Assembly (NCBI GenBank): GCA_038317055.1
Contig: JBBQBA010000002.1
Span: 182,967-246,966 of the forward strand
Reading direction: 5' to 3'
From: Candidatus Saccharimonadales bacterium
GTDB lineage: Bacteria > Patescibacteriota > Saccharimonadia > Saccharimonadales > DATKHC01
DNA length: 64,000 bases
Under the pieces are notes generated by a model, which saw only the letters and a list, made by a program, of their open reading frames with translations, was not told the origin of the DNA and did no database searches. The translations under genes and the position numbers were made by a program. Positions within the stretch are counted from its first letter, which is position 1; the number at the start of each line of letters is the position of its first letter. Of the stretch, positions 18,976 through 29,547 are shown in pieces.

Positions 18976-19848
18976 ATGAGAATTGGCTTACAGATAAACA
19001 GATTTGATTTTCCTGGAGGTGATAGCAAAATAGGTGAAAACTTTAAAAACATTGCAATATCTGCCGAAAAAGCTGGTTTTTACAGTATCTGGGTTATGGA
19101 TCATTTTTTTCAGCTACCCGCACTTGGACCATATACCGACCCAATGCTCGAAGCATATTCGGCGCTTAGCTATCTTGCCGCTATAACTAGTAAAGTTAAA
19201 TTAGGAACAATGGTAACCGGCGTAATATACCGCGACCCTGCTGTTTTATTAAATGCCGTTATTACACTTGATGTTTTATCAGCTGGTAGAGCATATTTTG
19301 GTATCGGAGCTGGATGGAACGATCAAGAAGCTAAAGCCCTAGGTTTATTAGATCCACTTAATTCTAGACGATTTGATCGGCTTGAAGATATTCTGAAATT
19401 AACACTTCAAGTTTGGCAAAATGATCGGAAAAAATTTAAAGGAAAAATCTACGAACTACCTGAGCCTTATTTTTCTCCACGACCAGTAAGTAGTCCAATT
19501 CCAATTCTAATAGGAGGCGGAGGTGAGGAAAAAACACTTAGGTACGTAGCAGAATACGGTGATGCATGTAATTTATTTTCATCAGATATGAATCTACTGA
19601 AGCACAAACTCGAAATACTTAAAAAACACTGTAAGGACGTTGGAAGAAATTATGATGATATTGAAAAAACCTCACTTGTTCGATTTTCGAGTACTGCTGC
19701 AGCCAATAACCCTGATGAATTAATTAGTAAAGCAAAAGAACTCGCAAATCTTGGAATAGAACACATCATGATATGGGCCGACAAAGACGCAGATCCAAAA
19801 TCGTATGATAAACTTACTGACACCGTTAAAACTATAAATAATTTATAG
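18976..19848 (+). CDS. LLM-class flavin-dependent oxidoreductase (tandem paralogue)
   Basis: GFYSIWVMDHFFQLP and YFGIGAGWNDQE. RBS AAGGAG. Confidence 0.7.
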   Translation: MRIGLQINRFDFPGGDSKIGENFKNIAISAEKAGFYSIWVMDHFFQLPALGPYTDPMLEAYSALSYLAAITSKVKLGTMVTGVIYRDPAVLLNAVITLDVLSAGRAYFGIGAGWNDQEAKALGLLDPLNSRRFDRLEDILKLTLQVWQNDRKKFKGKIYELPEPYFSPRPVSSPIPILIGGGGEEKTLRYVAEYGDACNLFSSDMNLLKHKLEILKKHCKDVGRNYDDIEKTSLVRFSSTAAANNPDELISKAKELANLGIEHIMIWADKDADPKSYDKLTDTVKTINNL

Positions 19849-19886
19849 ATTTAAATTTCCTAAGTTAATCAGTTAGAATACCGTAT

Positions 19887-20645
19887 ATGAGCAGACCGCT
19901 AATAAAAGTTTCAAATTTAAAAAAAGTTTACGGCGATGTAACCACTGTTGACGAAATAAGTTTTGAGGTCAATAAGGGTGAGGTATTTGGAATTCTAGGA
20001 CCGAATGGTGCAGGTAAAACTACTACGCTAGAAATGATAGAAGGTCTCCGTGATATAGATGGCGGTGAAGCGTATATAAATAACATTAATGTTGCCAAGG
20101 AAACTAATAAGGTAAGAGCAATTATTGGTGTTCAACCACAAACTCCGTCGTTCTTTGATAAAACAAGATTGTCTGAATTACTAGAGCTATGTGCAGCACT
20201 ATATGGTCGAAAAGTAGATAGCTCAGCTCTACTTGCTGAAGTTCAGTTATCAGAAAAATCAAAAAGTTATTTTGAAGATTTATCTGGGGGTCAAAAACAG
20301 AGATTTAGTGTAGCGGCAGGGCTAGTAAATGAACCACTAGTACTATTTTTAGATGAACCTTCTACTGGCTTAGATCCTCAAGCCCGTCGAAATTTATGGG
20401 AACTAGTGGAAATGATAAGTAAAAAGGGAATTACTATAATCCTAACAACTCATTACATGGAAGAGGCAGAAATGCTGTGCGACCGAGTGGCAATCATGGA
20501 TAAGGGTAAGATTTTAGTCCTTGATACACCTAAATCACTTATTAAAGAGTTATTAAAACGGGGTTTTAAAAAAGATGCCAAAGTTCAACAAGCAAGTTTA
20601 GAAGATGTATTTATTGATTTAACTGGATCTAAATTAAGAGATTAA
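19887..20645 (+). CDS. ABC transporter ATP-binding protein
   Basis: Walker A GPNGAGKTT, signature LSGGQKQR and Walker B LLFLDEPSTGLD. Confidence 0.85.
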   Translation: MSRPLIKVSNLKKVYGDVTTVDEISFEVNKGEVFGILGPNGAGKTTTLEMIEGLRDIDGGEAYINNINVAKETNKVRAIIGVQPQTPSFFDKTRLSELLELCAALYGRKVDSSALLAEVQLSEKSKSYFEDLSGGQKQRFSVAAGLVNEPLVLFLDEPSTGLDPQARRNLWELVEMISKKGITIILTTHYMEEAEMLCDRVAIMDKGKILVLDTPKSLIKELLKRGFKKDAKVQQASLEDVFIDLTGSKLRD

Positions 20646-20646
20646 G

Positions 20647-21747
20647 ATGCCTAAATATATTTACACAATTCTTACTATTGCCAAAGTATTAACAAGAAGA
20701 AATCTTAGAGATAAGACTACTCTATTTTTCTATATTGTGTTTCCGCTTATTTTCTTAGTCATCTTTGGTGGTTTATTTGGACACAACAGTGTCAGTTTCA
20801 AGGTTAATGTAATAAATCAATCTTCGAAGCCGTATTCTAAAACTTTTATTACAGAACTTAATAAGAGTAACCTTTTTAAAGTAACGAGTTCCGATTCGCT
20901 TAGTAGTTCTGAAAACCAACTAAATCGCTCACAAATCGATGGAATACTACTACTTCCAAATAACTTTGGCGAGATTAATACCAAAGGAATTCCATCAGGT
21001 AACGTAAAGATATATTTTAATCAAAGTAACCAGCAAACAGCCAGCGCAATCCAAAGCACTGTAAATGGCCTTCTCACAGGGGTTAATACTAGTTTAACTA
21101 AGTACGTGCCGCCGTTCACAGTTTCGACTGTATCAACTAATAACCATGGTCAAACTTATTTCGACTTTATATTCTCCGGAATGTTAGGATTCACAATAAT
21201 TACTCTTGGTTTATTCGGTCCAAGCCGTGCAATTCCGACTCATAAAAAATATGGAATACTTAGGCGATTTCATGCTGCCCCAGTCACTTCAGCACAATAT
21301 GTAATAGGTTTTTTACTCTCAAGTATAGTAACTGGTTTTATAGCTTTGTCTGTAATGTTTTTCGTCGGCTTCCACTTTTATCACCTTCATATGGAAGGAA
21401 CTTGGCCAAATCTAATAGTCTTCTTAATACTAGGAATCATTACTATTTTTGGTTTCGGTTTAGCAATTGGTAGTTGGGCTAAATCTGAGGATAGAGCAGC
21501 TCCACTAACGAACTTGGTATCATTTCCAATGATGTTTTTATCTGGAACTTTCTTTCCAACCTTTCTAATGCCCCTCTGGCTACAAAACATTTCTAAGTTT
21601 TTACCTCTAACACCGATCATTGATGGACTTAGAGATATTATTAGTCAAGGAAAAACAATTTTTGATTTAGGACCACAACTTCTATTAATGGGTATATGGA
21701 TAATTATTATCTATGTAATATCTTTCACAGTTTTTAAGTGGGAATAG
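20647..21747 (+). CDS. ABC-2 type transporter permease
   Basis: Starts 2 nt after the ATPase stop. One N-terminal TM, a large extracytoplasmic loop and then five TM helices, as is typical of ABC-2 exporters. Confidence 0.7.
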   Translation: MPKYIYTILTIAKVLTRRNLRDKTTLFFYIVFPLIFLVIFGGLFGHNSVSFKVNVINQSSKPYSKTFITELNKSNLFKVTSSDSLSSSENQLNRSQIDGILLLPNNFGEINTKGIPSGNVKIYFNQSNQQTASAIQSTVNGLLTGVNTSLTKYVPPFTVSTVSTNNHGQTYFDFIFSGMLGFTIITLGLFGPSRAIPTHKKYGILRRFHAAPVTSAQYVIGFLLSSIVTGFIALSVMFFVGFHFYHLHMEGTWPNLIVFLILGIITIFGFGLAIGSWAKSEDRAAPLTNLVSFPMMFLSGTFFPTFLMPLWLQNISKFLPLTPIIDGLRDIISQGKTIFDLGPQLLLMGIWIIIIYVISFTVFKWE

Positions 21748-21781
21748 ATTTATATTTAATCTAAATTAAGGAAACAATACT

Positions 21782-22402
21782 ATGAAAGTTACGAAATATC
21801 CACAAAGCTGCTTAGTGCTAGAAAAATCTAGTAAGAAAATAATAATCGATCCAGGTTCATTTGTTAGTGGCAAATATAAGGCCGAAGAATTACTTCCGGT
21901 TGATCTAATATTAATTACACACGAGCATATTGATCATATCGATCCAAAATTCCTTGACGAATTACTTGCGAGTAAAAAAGTACCAGTTGTGGCTAACACA
22001 AGTACTGCAAAATTACTAAGTGATAAAGTTACAAATATTATTGAAGATGGACAAACCCTAAATATTGAAGGATTTGAAATTACAGCCAAAGAATTACCTC
22101 ATGTTCTAATGACAGATGGTAGCGAAGGACCTCAAAATACTGGTTTTGTAATTGATAAAGCATTTTTTCACGCTGGTGATGGCATAAAACTCGCAAACTT
22201 TACTGTTCAAACAGCTGCTATTCCTATTGCTGGACCTGATATTAGTCCTAAGGATGTGTCAGATTTCATTAAACAATTAGGTTGTAAAATCGTAATTCCA
22301 ATTCATTATGACTACTACACCGCCAACCCTGCAATAATCGACAGTATGGTGCCTGGAATAAAAACAATAGTATTAGCTAACGGTGAAAGTACGGAGCTAT
22401 AA
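21782..22402 (+). CDS. MBL-fold metallo-hydrolase
   Basis: LILITHEHIDHID matches the HxHxDH motif. Downstream His/Asp in the H..GDG region. Confidence 0.65.
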   Translation: MKVTKYPQSCLVLEKSSKKIIIDPGSFVSGKYKAEELLPVDLILITHEHIDHIDPKFLDELLASKKVPVVANTSTAKLLSDKVTNIIEDGQTLNIEGFEITAKELPHVLMTDGSEGPQNTGFVIDKAFFHAGDGIKLANFTVQTAAIPIAGPDISPKDVSDFIKQLGCKIVIPIHYDYYTANPAIIDSMVPGIKTIVLANGESTEL

Positions 22403-22404
22403 AA

Positions 22405-22719
22405 ATGTATAGACAATCAGTATTAGAAGGAATAGTTAATTTCTTTGTTGGTCTTGCTGAACTTATTTTAGGTTTAAGAGTAGTTTTTTTATTTCTAAGT
22501 GCTAATCCCAATTTAGCTTTTGTTAATTGGATATATAAAACGAGCGACACGTTGATTTCTCCATTCAGGGGTATATTTACTCCTCAAGCAATTGGTCATG
22601 GACACATTCTTGATATTACTGCGTTATTTGCGATGTTAATGTATGCATTATTTGGCTTTTTACTTGGAGCATTACTACGTGCTCTATCTGGTGGCGATCA
22701 CAGCAAAAAATCATCTTAG
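22405..22719 (+). CDS. Small integral membrane protein (YggT-like?)
   Basis: 104 aa with two TM helices. ILGLRVVFLFLS...ISPFRGIF is reminiscent of YggT. Confidence 0.4.
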   Translation: MYRQSVLEGIVNFFVGLAELILGLRVVFLFLSANPNLAFVNWIYKTSDTLISPFRGIFTPQAIGHGHILDITALFAMLMYALFGFLLGALLRALSGGDHSKKSS

Positions 22720-22954
22720 TAAATACAATAAAACTGAGTGGTATGCTTAAGCATATTTTGTTAGAATGAATTAACACCTTAGATGTTGAATGTCTGTGTG
22801 TTTATTTTATTTATAGGTGAGTCTTCATATATAATGAGACACTTAAGTTCAGATATAATAGTTCGGAAAAAAATAATTATAAAACCTCGTAAATGATTTT
22901 TAAAGTTCATCAAGCACATCTGCAAACTAAAATAATAAGCTGGGGTCATAGTTA

Positions 22955-24625
22955 ATGGAAAGGACACCTACGCCGCCTAACAAGGGTTACCAAAGTATGG
23001 ATGGTTTTGTTCCAAATCGCCGAAGTCGGGTGATAAATGAGCCATTTAAAAAGAAAATGAATAATGAAAGTGGGTTACTTGGTAAACCTTCAAGAGCACC
23101 TTCAAAAAGTTTAGTTAGTCCAGCAAATGCTCGGTTGACGAACAGTGAATCTATGAAAAGTAAGACAATAGCTGGCGTCGCTTGGTCGCCGAGAATACAG
23201 GATCCTTCTTCTATCGAACTTACACGTAAAACTGGCCGCAAAAGTCATCGTGCTAAAAAAGATGAAATAAAAGAGAAGCGAAGCATTAAAAAAATTATTA
23301 AGCGTAGCGCACTAATTGGAGCCCTACTTGTTTTACTTATAGGCGGCTACGTTGGCTTCAAATTCTTCCATAATATCGACAAAGTATTTGGTGGCAACGT
23401 AATAAGCAATATATCTAGCCTATTTGGATCTACGACTCTAAAAGGTGAAAGTACTGGTAGGGTTAATATATTACTAGCCGGAGACTCTGCTGACGACCCT
23501 GGACATGCCGGTGCAAATTTAACAGATTCTATTATGTTAGTAAGTATTGATACTAAAAATAAAACTGGCTTTATGCTTAGTATTCCAAGAGATCTATATG
23601 TTAATATTCCTACTTTAGGTGGAGCTAAAATTAATGCCGCCAATACAGTAAAAAACTTTAATCAATCAGGCTATCCGTCTAATGGTATGGGTCAGCTAGA
23701 ACAAATAGTTAAACAAGATCTTGGTATTCCGGTAAATTACTATGCACTCATTAATTACACAGCATTCAGAGATTCAGTTAACGCAGTTGGCGGAATTACC
23801 GTTAATATTCAGAGTGATGATCCACGGGGTGTGTACGATCCAAATATCGGTAAATGGGACGGCGGACCGCTTAAACTTCCAAGTGGCTTAAACAATTTAA
23901 ACGGACAAACAGCTCTTAATCTAGCTAGAGCTAGAGGTGACCCTTGTTTTTGTGGTCATTATGAATATGGATTTTCTCATAGCGACTTTGACAGAACAAT
24001 GCACCAACGGCAAGAGTTAGTAGCATTGGCCCAAAAAGCAAGTTCAGCCGGTGTAATAGGAAATCCAGTAAAGTTAGGTCATTTGTTCGACTCACTTGGT
24101 AATAATGTAGAGACCGACCTTAAATTGGCTGACATAGTAAGACTAGGTTCACTAGCTAAATCGGCAAATCTGACTAAAGCACAATCAGTAACATATCAGT
24201 ATGGTGGCACTAATCCATTACTAGTTGGTCAAAGCGTAAATGGTCAGGACTTCCTTGTTCCAACAGCTGGCTTAAATGATTATGCAGCACTTCAACTTTA
24301 TTATCAGAAACTAACTACCAATAACCCTGTCGTTAAAGAAGCAGCTCCAGTTGTCGTATTAAACGGTGGTAATACAAGTGGACTAGCTAAATTATATGAG
24401 AATAGCCTAATACCAAAGGGGATTAATGTAACATCGATTGCAGATACCATTAATAACTATCCCAAGACCGAAATTATGGACAATTCCGGTGGTCTTGATC
24501 CAGCAACTAAAAAAGCACTAGTCACTATCTTTGGCAACAATGTCGTACCTAATGTTCCAACCATTAATACAACCGGTGCAAAATTTGTAGTAATTCTAGG
24601 TGACAATCAAGGTTCGCCTCAATAG
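22955..24625 (+). CDS. LytR-CpsA-Psr (LCP) family cell-wall glycopolymer transferase
   Basis: Long basic cytoplasmic N-terminus, single TM and an LCP core RVNILLAGDSADDPGHAGANLTDSIMLVSIDTKNKTGFMLSIPRDLYVNIP. The true start may lie downstream of 22955. Confidence 0.75.
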   Translation: MERTPTPPNKGYQSMDGFVPNRRSRVINEPFKKKMNNESGLLGKPSRAPSKSLVSPANARLTNSESMKSKTIAGVAWSPRIQDPSSIELTRKTGRKSHRAKKDEIKEKRSIKKIIKRSALIGALLVLLIGGYVGFKFFHNIDKVFGGNVISNISSLFGSTTLKGESTGRVNILLAGDSADDPGHAGANLTDSIMLVSIDTKNKTGFMLSIPRDLYVNIPTLGGAKINAANTVKNFNQSGYPSNGMGQLEQIVKQDLGIPVNYYALINYTAFRDSVNAVGGITVNIQSDDPRGVYDPNIGKWDGGPLKLPSGLNNLNGQTALNLARARGDPCFCGHYEYGFSHSDFDRTMHQRQELVALAQKASSAGVIGNPVKLGHLFDSLGNNVETDLKLADIVRLGSLAKSANLTKAQSVTYQYGGTNPLLVGQSVNGQDFLVPTAGLNDYAALQLYYQKLTTNNPVVKEAAPVVVLNGGNTSGLAKLYENSLIPKGINVTSIADTINNYPKTEIMDNSGGLDPATKKALVTIFGNNVVPNVPTINTTGAKFVVILGDNQGSPQ

Positions 24626-24668
24626 ATATAGTAGTTATTTATACTAAACACATTTAGAATAAGTCTAC

Positions 24669-27600
24669 ATGGAATTTGAGAGAGAATACTCTAGACTAAA
24701 CTCAGCCCAAAAAAAGGCAGTCGATTTAATAGATGGCCCACTAATTGTAATTGCCGGACCTGGAACAGGTAAAACTCAGCTACTAAGTATGAGGACAGCA
24801 AACATACTCAATCAAACCGACACGCTTCCGGAAAATATATTGTGTTTAACGTTTACTGAAGCTGCCTCCGAGAATATGCGCATTCGACTTTCAAACTTAA
24901 TCGGTAAATCAGCCAATCAAGTAGGAATATTTACTTTCCATGGTTTCGGTACTCATATTATTCAAAACTACCCTGAGTTTTTTTACGAAGCGCCATTACT
25001 TGGTCGGTTAAATGAACTAGGCGAATATAACCTACTTGAAAAGCTAATGAATAAGCTTCACCACGATAATCCTTTGGCTAAAAAAGTAAGTGGAGCGTTT
25101 TTGCATTTGCCATCAGTATTACGAATAATTAGTTGGCTAAAACAAGCTGGCTTAAACCCCGATGACTTAAGGATTGAGACTACCAAAAACCAAAGTTTTT
25201 TTAAGGCAGGAGTTAAATTATTAAATCCAGTATTTGGATCCAGCCCATCAGCAAAGAATCTAAAATTATATGTCGATTTATATAATCAGCTCGAAAAACT
25301 CTTACATAAATATCCCTGTAGAACAGGCGATCAGCTAGTTGGTGAATTATTAGATGCAATTGATAAAGTTGATCTTAGCGGCAAGTACGCTCAATCAATA
25401 ACCACATGGCGTAATAAATGGCTTAGTCAGTTTAAAAAGGGCGAATGGCAATTTGCAGATCAAGCTAAAAACACATTACTTTTAAGACTTGCTGATCTAT
25501 ATGAGAATTATCAGCAATCTCTAACGGAGAGTGGTTTGTATACATTCGACGATATGATCCTAAGAACAAACTATGCAATTGAAAATAATGAAGAGCTAAA
25601 ATTGAACTTACAAGAAAAATATCAATATATTTTAGTTGATGAATATCAAGACACAAACGGTGCTCAGGATAAAATATTAAATCAACTTGCTGATAATCCA
25701 GTTAACGAACAACGACCCAACTTAATGGTAGTAGGTGATGATGATCAGGCTATATATCGGTTCCAAGGTGCAGAGAGTTCAGTTATGCTTGACTTCATAC
25801 AACGCTGGCAACCAGAGGAAATAGTTTTAACTGAAAGTTACCGAAGTGGTCAATCACTTCTAGATCTTGCACGCGGTGTAATTTTAAATGCCGAAGATCG
25901 TCTTGAAAATTCTGATCCTAAATTAATTAAAAAACTGGTATCTAAAACAAAGCTTAAAGATACTTCAATTTCAGAAATTTATTCGGCTAGTGAAATCGAA
26001 AATTACGTAAACACTGCAAATCAAATTAAAAAGCTGATTGATTCGGGTCAAGATCCTTCAAATATTTCAGTATTAGCACCTAAACATCGTTATCTAGAAG
26101 AGTTAGTTCCTTATCTACTTAAACTAAACTTGCCTATAAATTATGAGAGACGAGAACAAGTATTACAACAACCCAGAATAATCGAATTACTCGATCTGAT
26201 AGAACTTGTAGCAGCTGCTTCGAAACACCAATCCTCAAAAATTGATTCGTTACTTGCAAAGATTCTAGCAGCTGATTATTGGCAATTAAGCGCAGAAACT
26301 TTGTGGCAACTTGCTATAGATTCGCAAAATAATCATCAAGGTTGGTTCAAATTATTGGAATCTAGTGAAAATATTATTCTTAAAAACTTTTCTGAATCAA
26401 TAAAGATACTATCAAAAGAAGCTAAGAATCAATCTTTTGATTTACTCCTAGCTTATTTAACAGGGAGTAAGTCAATTACACTTACTAATGAGAAACCGTG
26501 GAATCTTCCTTGGCGTGATTTTTATTTTTCAGATAAACAACTCGACAAAGATCCAGTAGGCTATATAAACTTTATGTCGCAGCTTGAGGCTTTAAAACAA
26601 TCTTTCAGGGAATGGCAGCCTAATACAAACAGGTTAATTACATTGAATGACTTTGATGAATTTATTAAATTATTTCAAAAAACTAAAATAAAGCTAAACG
26701 ATAACAGCCCATATACTTCATCAAAAAACGCTATTACTTTAATGACCGTATATAAAGCAAAAGGACTGGAGTGGGAAAGTGTTTTTGTATTAAATATCGA
26801 AGAAGATGTATGGGGATCAAAAACTAGAACAAGGCATGAATCGTTCAGTTTACCTACGTCGCTAAAGTGGATAGAACCGGCAAGTGACAATAGTAATGAT
26901 TTAGTTAGATTATTCTATGTTGGTATAACAAGATCACGAAAGTCACTTTTTCTTACGGGATACAAAATTAAAAGCAGTGGCTTACCGGCTGAACGACTTC
27001 AATGGTTGGAAAATTTACTTCCAGACCCCAGCCCACTAAAATCCTTACCAACAAGTGTAATTGTGAGCTCATATGAGTACAACTGGCAAGATGTTTACAC
27101 TTCGCCAACAAAAGACCTTAATCTTCTATTAAAACCCGTACTAGATACCTATAAATTAAGCTCAACACACTTAAATGATTTTCTTTCAGTTGATCGAGGT
27201 GGTCCAAAAAGCTTTTTATATAAACATATCCTAAAAGTGCCTGAAGAATTAAACCCAAATGCGATATACGGAGATTCAATTCATAAAACCCTAGAATATC
27301 TTCATAAACAATTTAACAGCTCACAAAAGCTACCGGATAAACAAGCAATAAAAGATTACTTTATAGAGAAATTAACAAATCAGCCCCTTACAAGCGAAGA
27401 ATTTAGATTTTTTAAAAAGCGTGGGGAAGATAATTTAATTGGCTGGTTAGATCTAAACCAAAAAAAGTTTAGCCCATTAGATATCAGTGAACATAATTTT
27501 AGTAGTGAGCAAATCGTTGTTGAAGGAGCTAAATTAACTGGTAAGATCGATATAATTAGAGAAGAAGGAAAGGATTATGTCACAGTAATAGACTATAAGA

Positions 27601-27953
27601 CAAGCCTTCCATTAAGTGAATGGACCGGTCATAGCGGAAATGCAGCGATAAATGTTCACAAATATCAAAATCAGCTTTTGTTTTACAAGCTTCTTTTAGA
27701 TAATTCAACATACTTAAAAAAGAAAAAACTAGCCAACAGAGGAGTTATAGAGTTTATAACTCCCGACCAAGATAATAATTATATTGAGCTTAGTTATGAT
27801 TATGAAGAGAAAGAACTTAAAAGATTAACCAAACTTGTAGGTATTGTCTGGAATAAAATTATGCTCTTGGATTTACCCAATACCGATGATTACCCCAGCA
27901 CAATTAAGGGCATCAGATCTTTCGAAGAAGATTTATTAGAAGGTAAAATTTAA
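24669..27953 (+). CDS. UvrD/PcrA-family superfamily 1 helicase fused to a C-terminal PD-(D/E)xK nuclease domain (AddA-like)
   Basis: Walker A AGPGTGKTQ, motif II VDEYQDTN, motif VI VGITRSR and C-terminal GKIDIIREEGKDYVTVIDYKTS (nuclease D...D/EYK). Confidence 0.8.
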   Translation: MEFEREYSRLNSAQKKAVDLIDGPLIVIAGPGTGKTQLLSMRTANILNQTDTLPENILCLTFTEAASENMRIRLSNLIGKSANQVGIFTFHGFGTHIIQNYPEFFYEAPLLGRLNELGEYNLLEKLMNKLHHDNPLAKKVSGAFLHLPSVLRIISWLKQAGLNPDDLRIETTKNQSFFKAGVKLLNPVFGSSPSAKNLKLYVDLYNQLEKLLHKYPCRTGDQLVGELLDAIDKVDLSGKYAQSITTWRNKWLSQFKKGEWQFADQAKNTLLLRLADLYENYQQSLTESGLYTFDDMILRTNYAIENNEELKLNLQEKYQYILVDEYQDTNGAQDKILNQLADNPVNEQRPNLMVVGDDDQAIYRFQGAESSVMLDFIQRWQPEEIVLTESYRSGQSLLDLARGVILNAEDRLENSDPKLIKKLVSKTKLKDTSISEIYSASEIENYVNTANQIKKLIDSGQDPSNISVLAPKHRYLEELVPYLLKLNLPINYERREQVLQQPRIIELLDLIELVAAASKHQSSKIDSLLAKILAADYWQLSAETLWQLAIDSQNNHQGWFKLLESSENIILKNFSESIKILSKEAKNQSFDLLLAYLTGSKSITLTNEKPWNLPWRDFYFSDKQLDKDPVGYINFMSQLEALKQSFREWQPNTNRLITLNDFDEFIKLFQKTKIKLNDNSPYTSSKNAITLMTVYKAKGLEWESVFVLNIEEDVWGSKTRTRHESFSLPTSLKWIEPASDNSNDLVRLFYVGITRSRKSLFLTGYKIKSSGLPAERLQWLENLLPDPSPLKSLPTSVIVSSYEYNWQDVYTSPTKDLNLLLKPVLDTYKLSSTHLNDFLSVDRGGPKSFLYKHILKVPEELNPNAIYGDSIHKTLEYLHKQFNSSQKLPDKQAIKDYFIEKLTNQPLTSEEFRFFKKRGEDNLIGWLDLNQKKFSPLDISEHNFSSEQIVVEGAKLTGKIDIIREEGKDYVTVIDYKTSLPLSEWTGHSGNAAINVHKYQNQLLFYKLLLDNSTYLKKKKLANRGVIEFITPDQDNNYIELSYDYEEKELKRLTKLVGIVWNKIMLLDLPNTDDYPSTIKGIRSFEEDLLEGKI

Positions 27954-27955
27954 AA

Positions 27956-27982
27956 GACCCTGCATAATTAGCGGGGCCTTTT
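27956..27982. terminator. Bidirectional intrinsic terminator between convergent genes
   Basis: GACCCTGC-ATAATTA-GCGGGGCC stem-loop (7 of 8 pairs) followed by TTTT. It lies between the UvrD-like stop (27953) and the MIP channel stop (28002). Confidence 0.5.
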
Positions 27983-28001
27983 GGGATTTCTATTTTAGTA
28001 A

Positions 28002-28685
28002 TTATTTTTTCTTAGATTTTGCTTTTACTGATGAGCTTTTTATTACTGATGGTCTAGTGCCTATAGTCATATCCGTGAATATAACGTTATATAGATTTGC
28101 ACCAACAATTAGTCCAATTACTGGTCCTGCAATGTAAGCCCAGCTTACTGATCTTGCTGCGATTGCAACTGCTGGGTTCAAAAGACCATTTGAAGCTAGT
28201 GAAGCTACAAGTATTCCCCCGAATAAACCAACTGAAAGTATTGCTGCTTTTTTAGTAGCTTCAAGTTCCTTTCTATAGGCAACTGCTGCAACTGCCATAC
28301 CAAATACAGTTGCTCCGATAGCTTCTGCGGTTAATACACGCCAGTTTACGCCGCCAGTAGCAGTCTTACTTAGGGCTTGACCCAAGAAGTACTGGGCAGC
28401 CTTCCAAGCTGCTAGACCAGCTAATAGTTGAGTAATTATTAAAACAAATGCACTCAATGATGAAATTTTTCGTATACTCCAATTTGCAATTGTTACGGCA
28501 GGATTTAATTGTGATCCACTTACTGATCCAAAAATCAAATATAAGCCTCCATATACAACTGCAGCAGCAGTAGCTGAGAAAAACTCAAAATTAGTACGCA
28601 CCAACATGGCAAGCATAGCTGACGCTAGAACATATGTTCCAACAAATTCAGCAATTACTGCAGCCACTTTCTGTCGTCCTGTCAT
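28002..28685 (-). CDS. MIP family channel (aquaporin or glycerol facilitator-like)
   Basis: Two NPA boxes, LNPAVTIANW and LNPAVAIAAR. Six predicted TM helices. Confidence 0.75.
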   Translation of the reverse strand: MTGRQKVAAVIAEFVGTYVLASAMLAMLVRTNFEFFSATAAAVVYGGLYLIFGSVSGSQLNPAVTIANWSIRKISSLSAFVLIITQLLAGLAAWKAAQYFLGQALSKTATGGVNWRVLTAEAIGATVFGMAVAAVAYRKELEATKKAAILSVGLFGGILVASLASNGLLNPAVAIAARSVSWAYIAGPVIGLIVGANLYNVIFTDMTIGTRPSVIKSSSVKAKSKKK

Positions 28686-29088
28686 AAGAACAACCCTCCT
28701 TTAAAATTTATTATGAACTTAGCATAAACCAATGTACCCCTATAATGCAATATTAAATATGGTTGATTACAAGTGTTAAAGGTAGGCTGCGGATTTGGCA
28801 GATGAATCTATATCTGTTATGAAGTGAATTCAACTATTTCTAATAGATATATAACCATTATTTAAACAGTTCCTGACTTTCTTTCTCTTCTTAGACAACT
28901 TACATTATGACTACTATTATTGCTTTAAATGGACTAGCCAATCCAAGTATTATCTAATAAATTATAAAGCCATACATTAAGCTTTTAATCTAGTGTTGAA
29001 AATATAAATAAATATAGTATGAAATATCACATTGTATTTTTTTAAAAAGGTGTAAAATATATGGACTTAAGGAAGTTACGAGGTCTAT

Positions 29089-29544
29089 ATGGCTACTCAC
29101 GAATATTTTTATCCAGACGATAGGGAAGTTACTCCCGAAGCTGAAGGTAACCCACATGTTAATTCGGGTGATTTAACAATACCTGAAATTCAGATACTTA
29201 TGCGTGGCGTTAAAGAACTAGAAAGACGCGGAAATAGCGAAGGCGGGCTTGAACAGTCTGCCGCTGACGTATTACATGCTGATCCACGTTTTTTACAAAC
29301 CGAAGAATCAAAAGAATACGAACCAGACCCAGTTGCAAGAATGCTAAGACTTACCCCAGCTGGTGCTGCATTACAATTTGTCTTAATTGCACATAATAAA
29401 CATTTACCAGTTAGTGAAAGACAGAAGGTCAGAATTAACACAGGCACTACAGAATCAGATGAAAGTCTAGTAAAAGACTCAAAAATCATAGATTTAAAAG
29501 ACAAACGAAAATCAATCGACGTAGATATTCCGACTGCAAGTTAG
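29089..29544 (+). CDS. Hypothetical acidic protein
   Basis: 151-aa ORF convergent with atpC, with no recognisable motif. GC is slightly higher than in the flanks. Confidence 0.4.
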   Translation: MATHEYFYPDDREVTPEAEGNPHVNSGDLTIPEIQILMRGVKELERRGNSEGGLEQSAADVLHADPRFLQTEESKEYEPDPVARMLRLTPAGAALQFVLIAHNKHLPVSERQKVRINTGTTESDESLVKDSKIIDLKDKRKSIDVDIPTAS

Positions 29545-29547
29545 TAA

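Noticed and set aside
22987-23643. Minus-strand ORFs 22987..23241 and 23347..23643
   Set aside because: They are antisense to the LCP gene.
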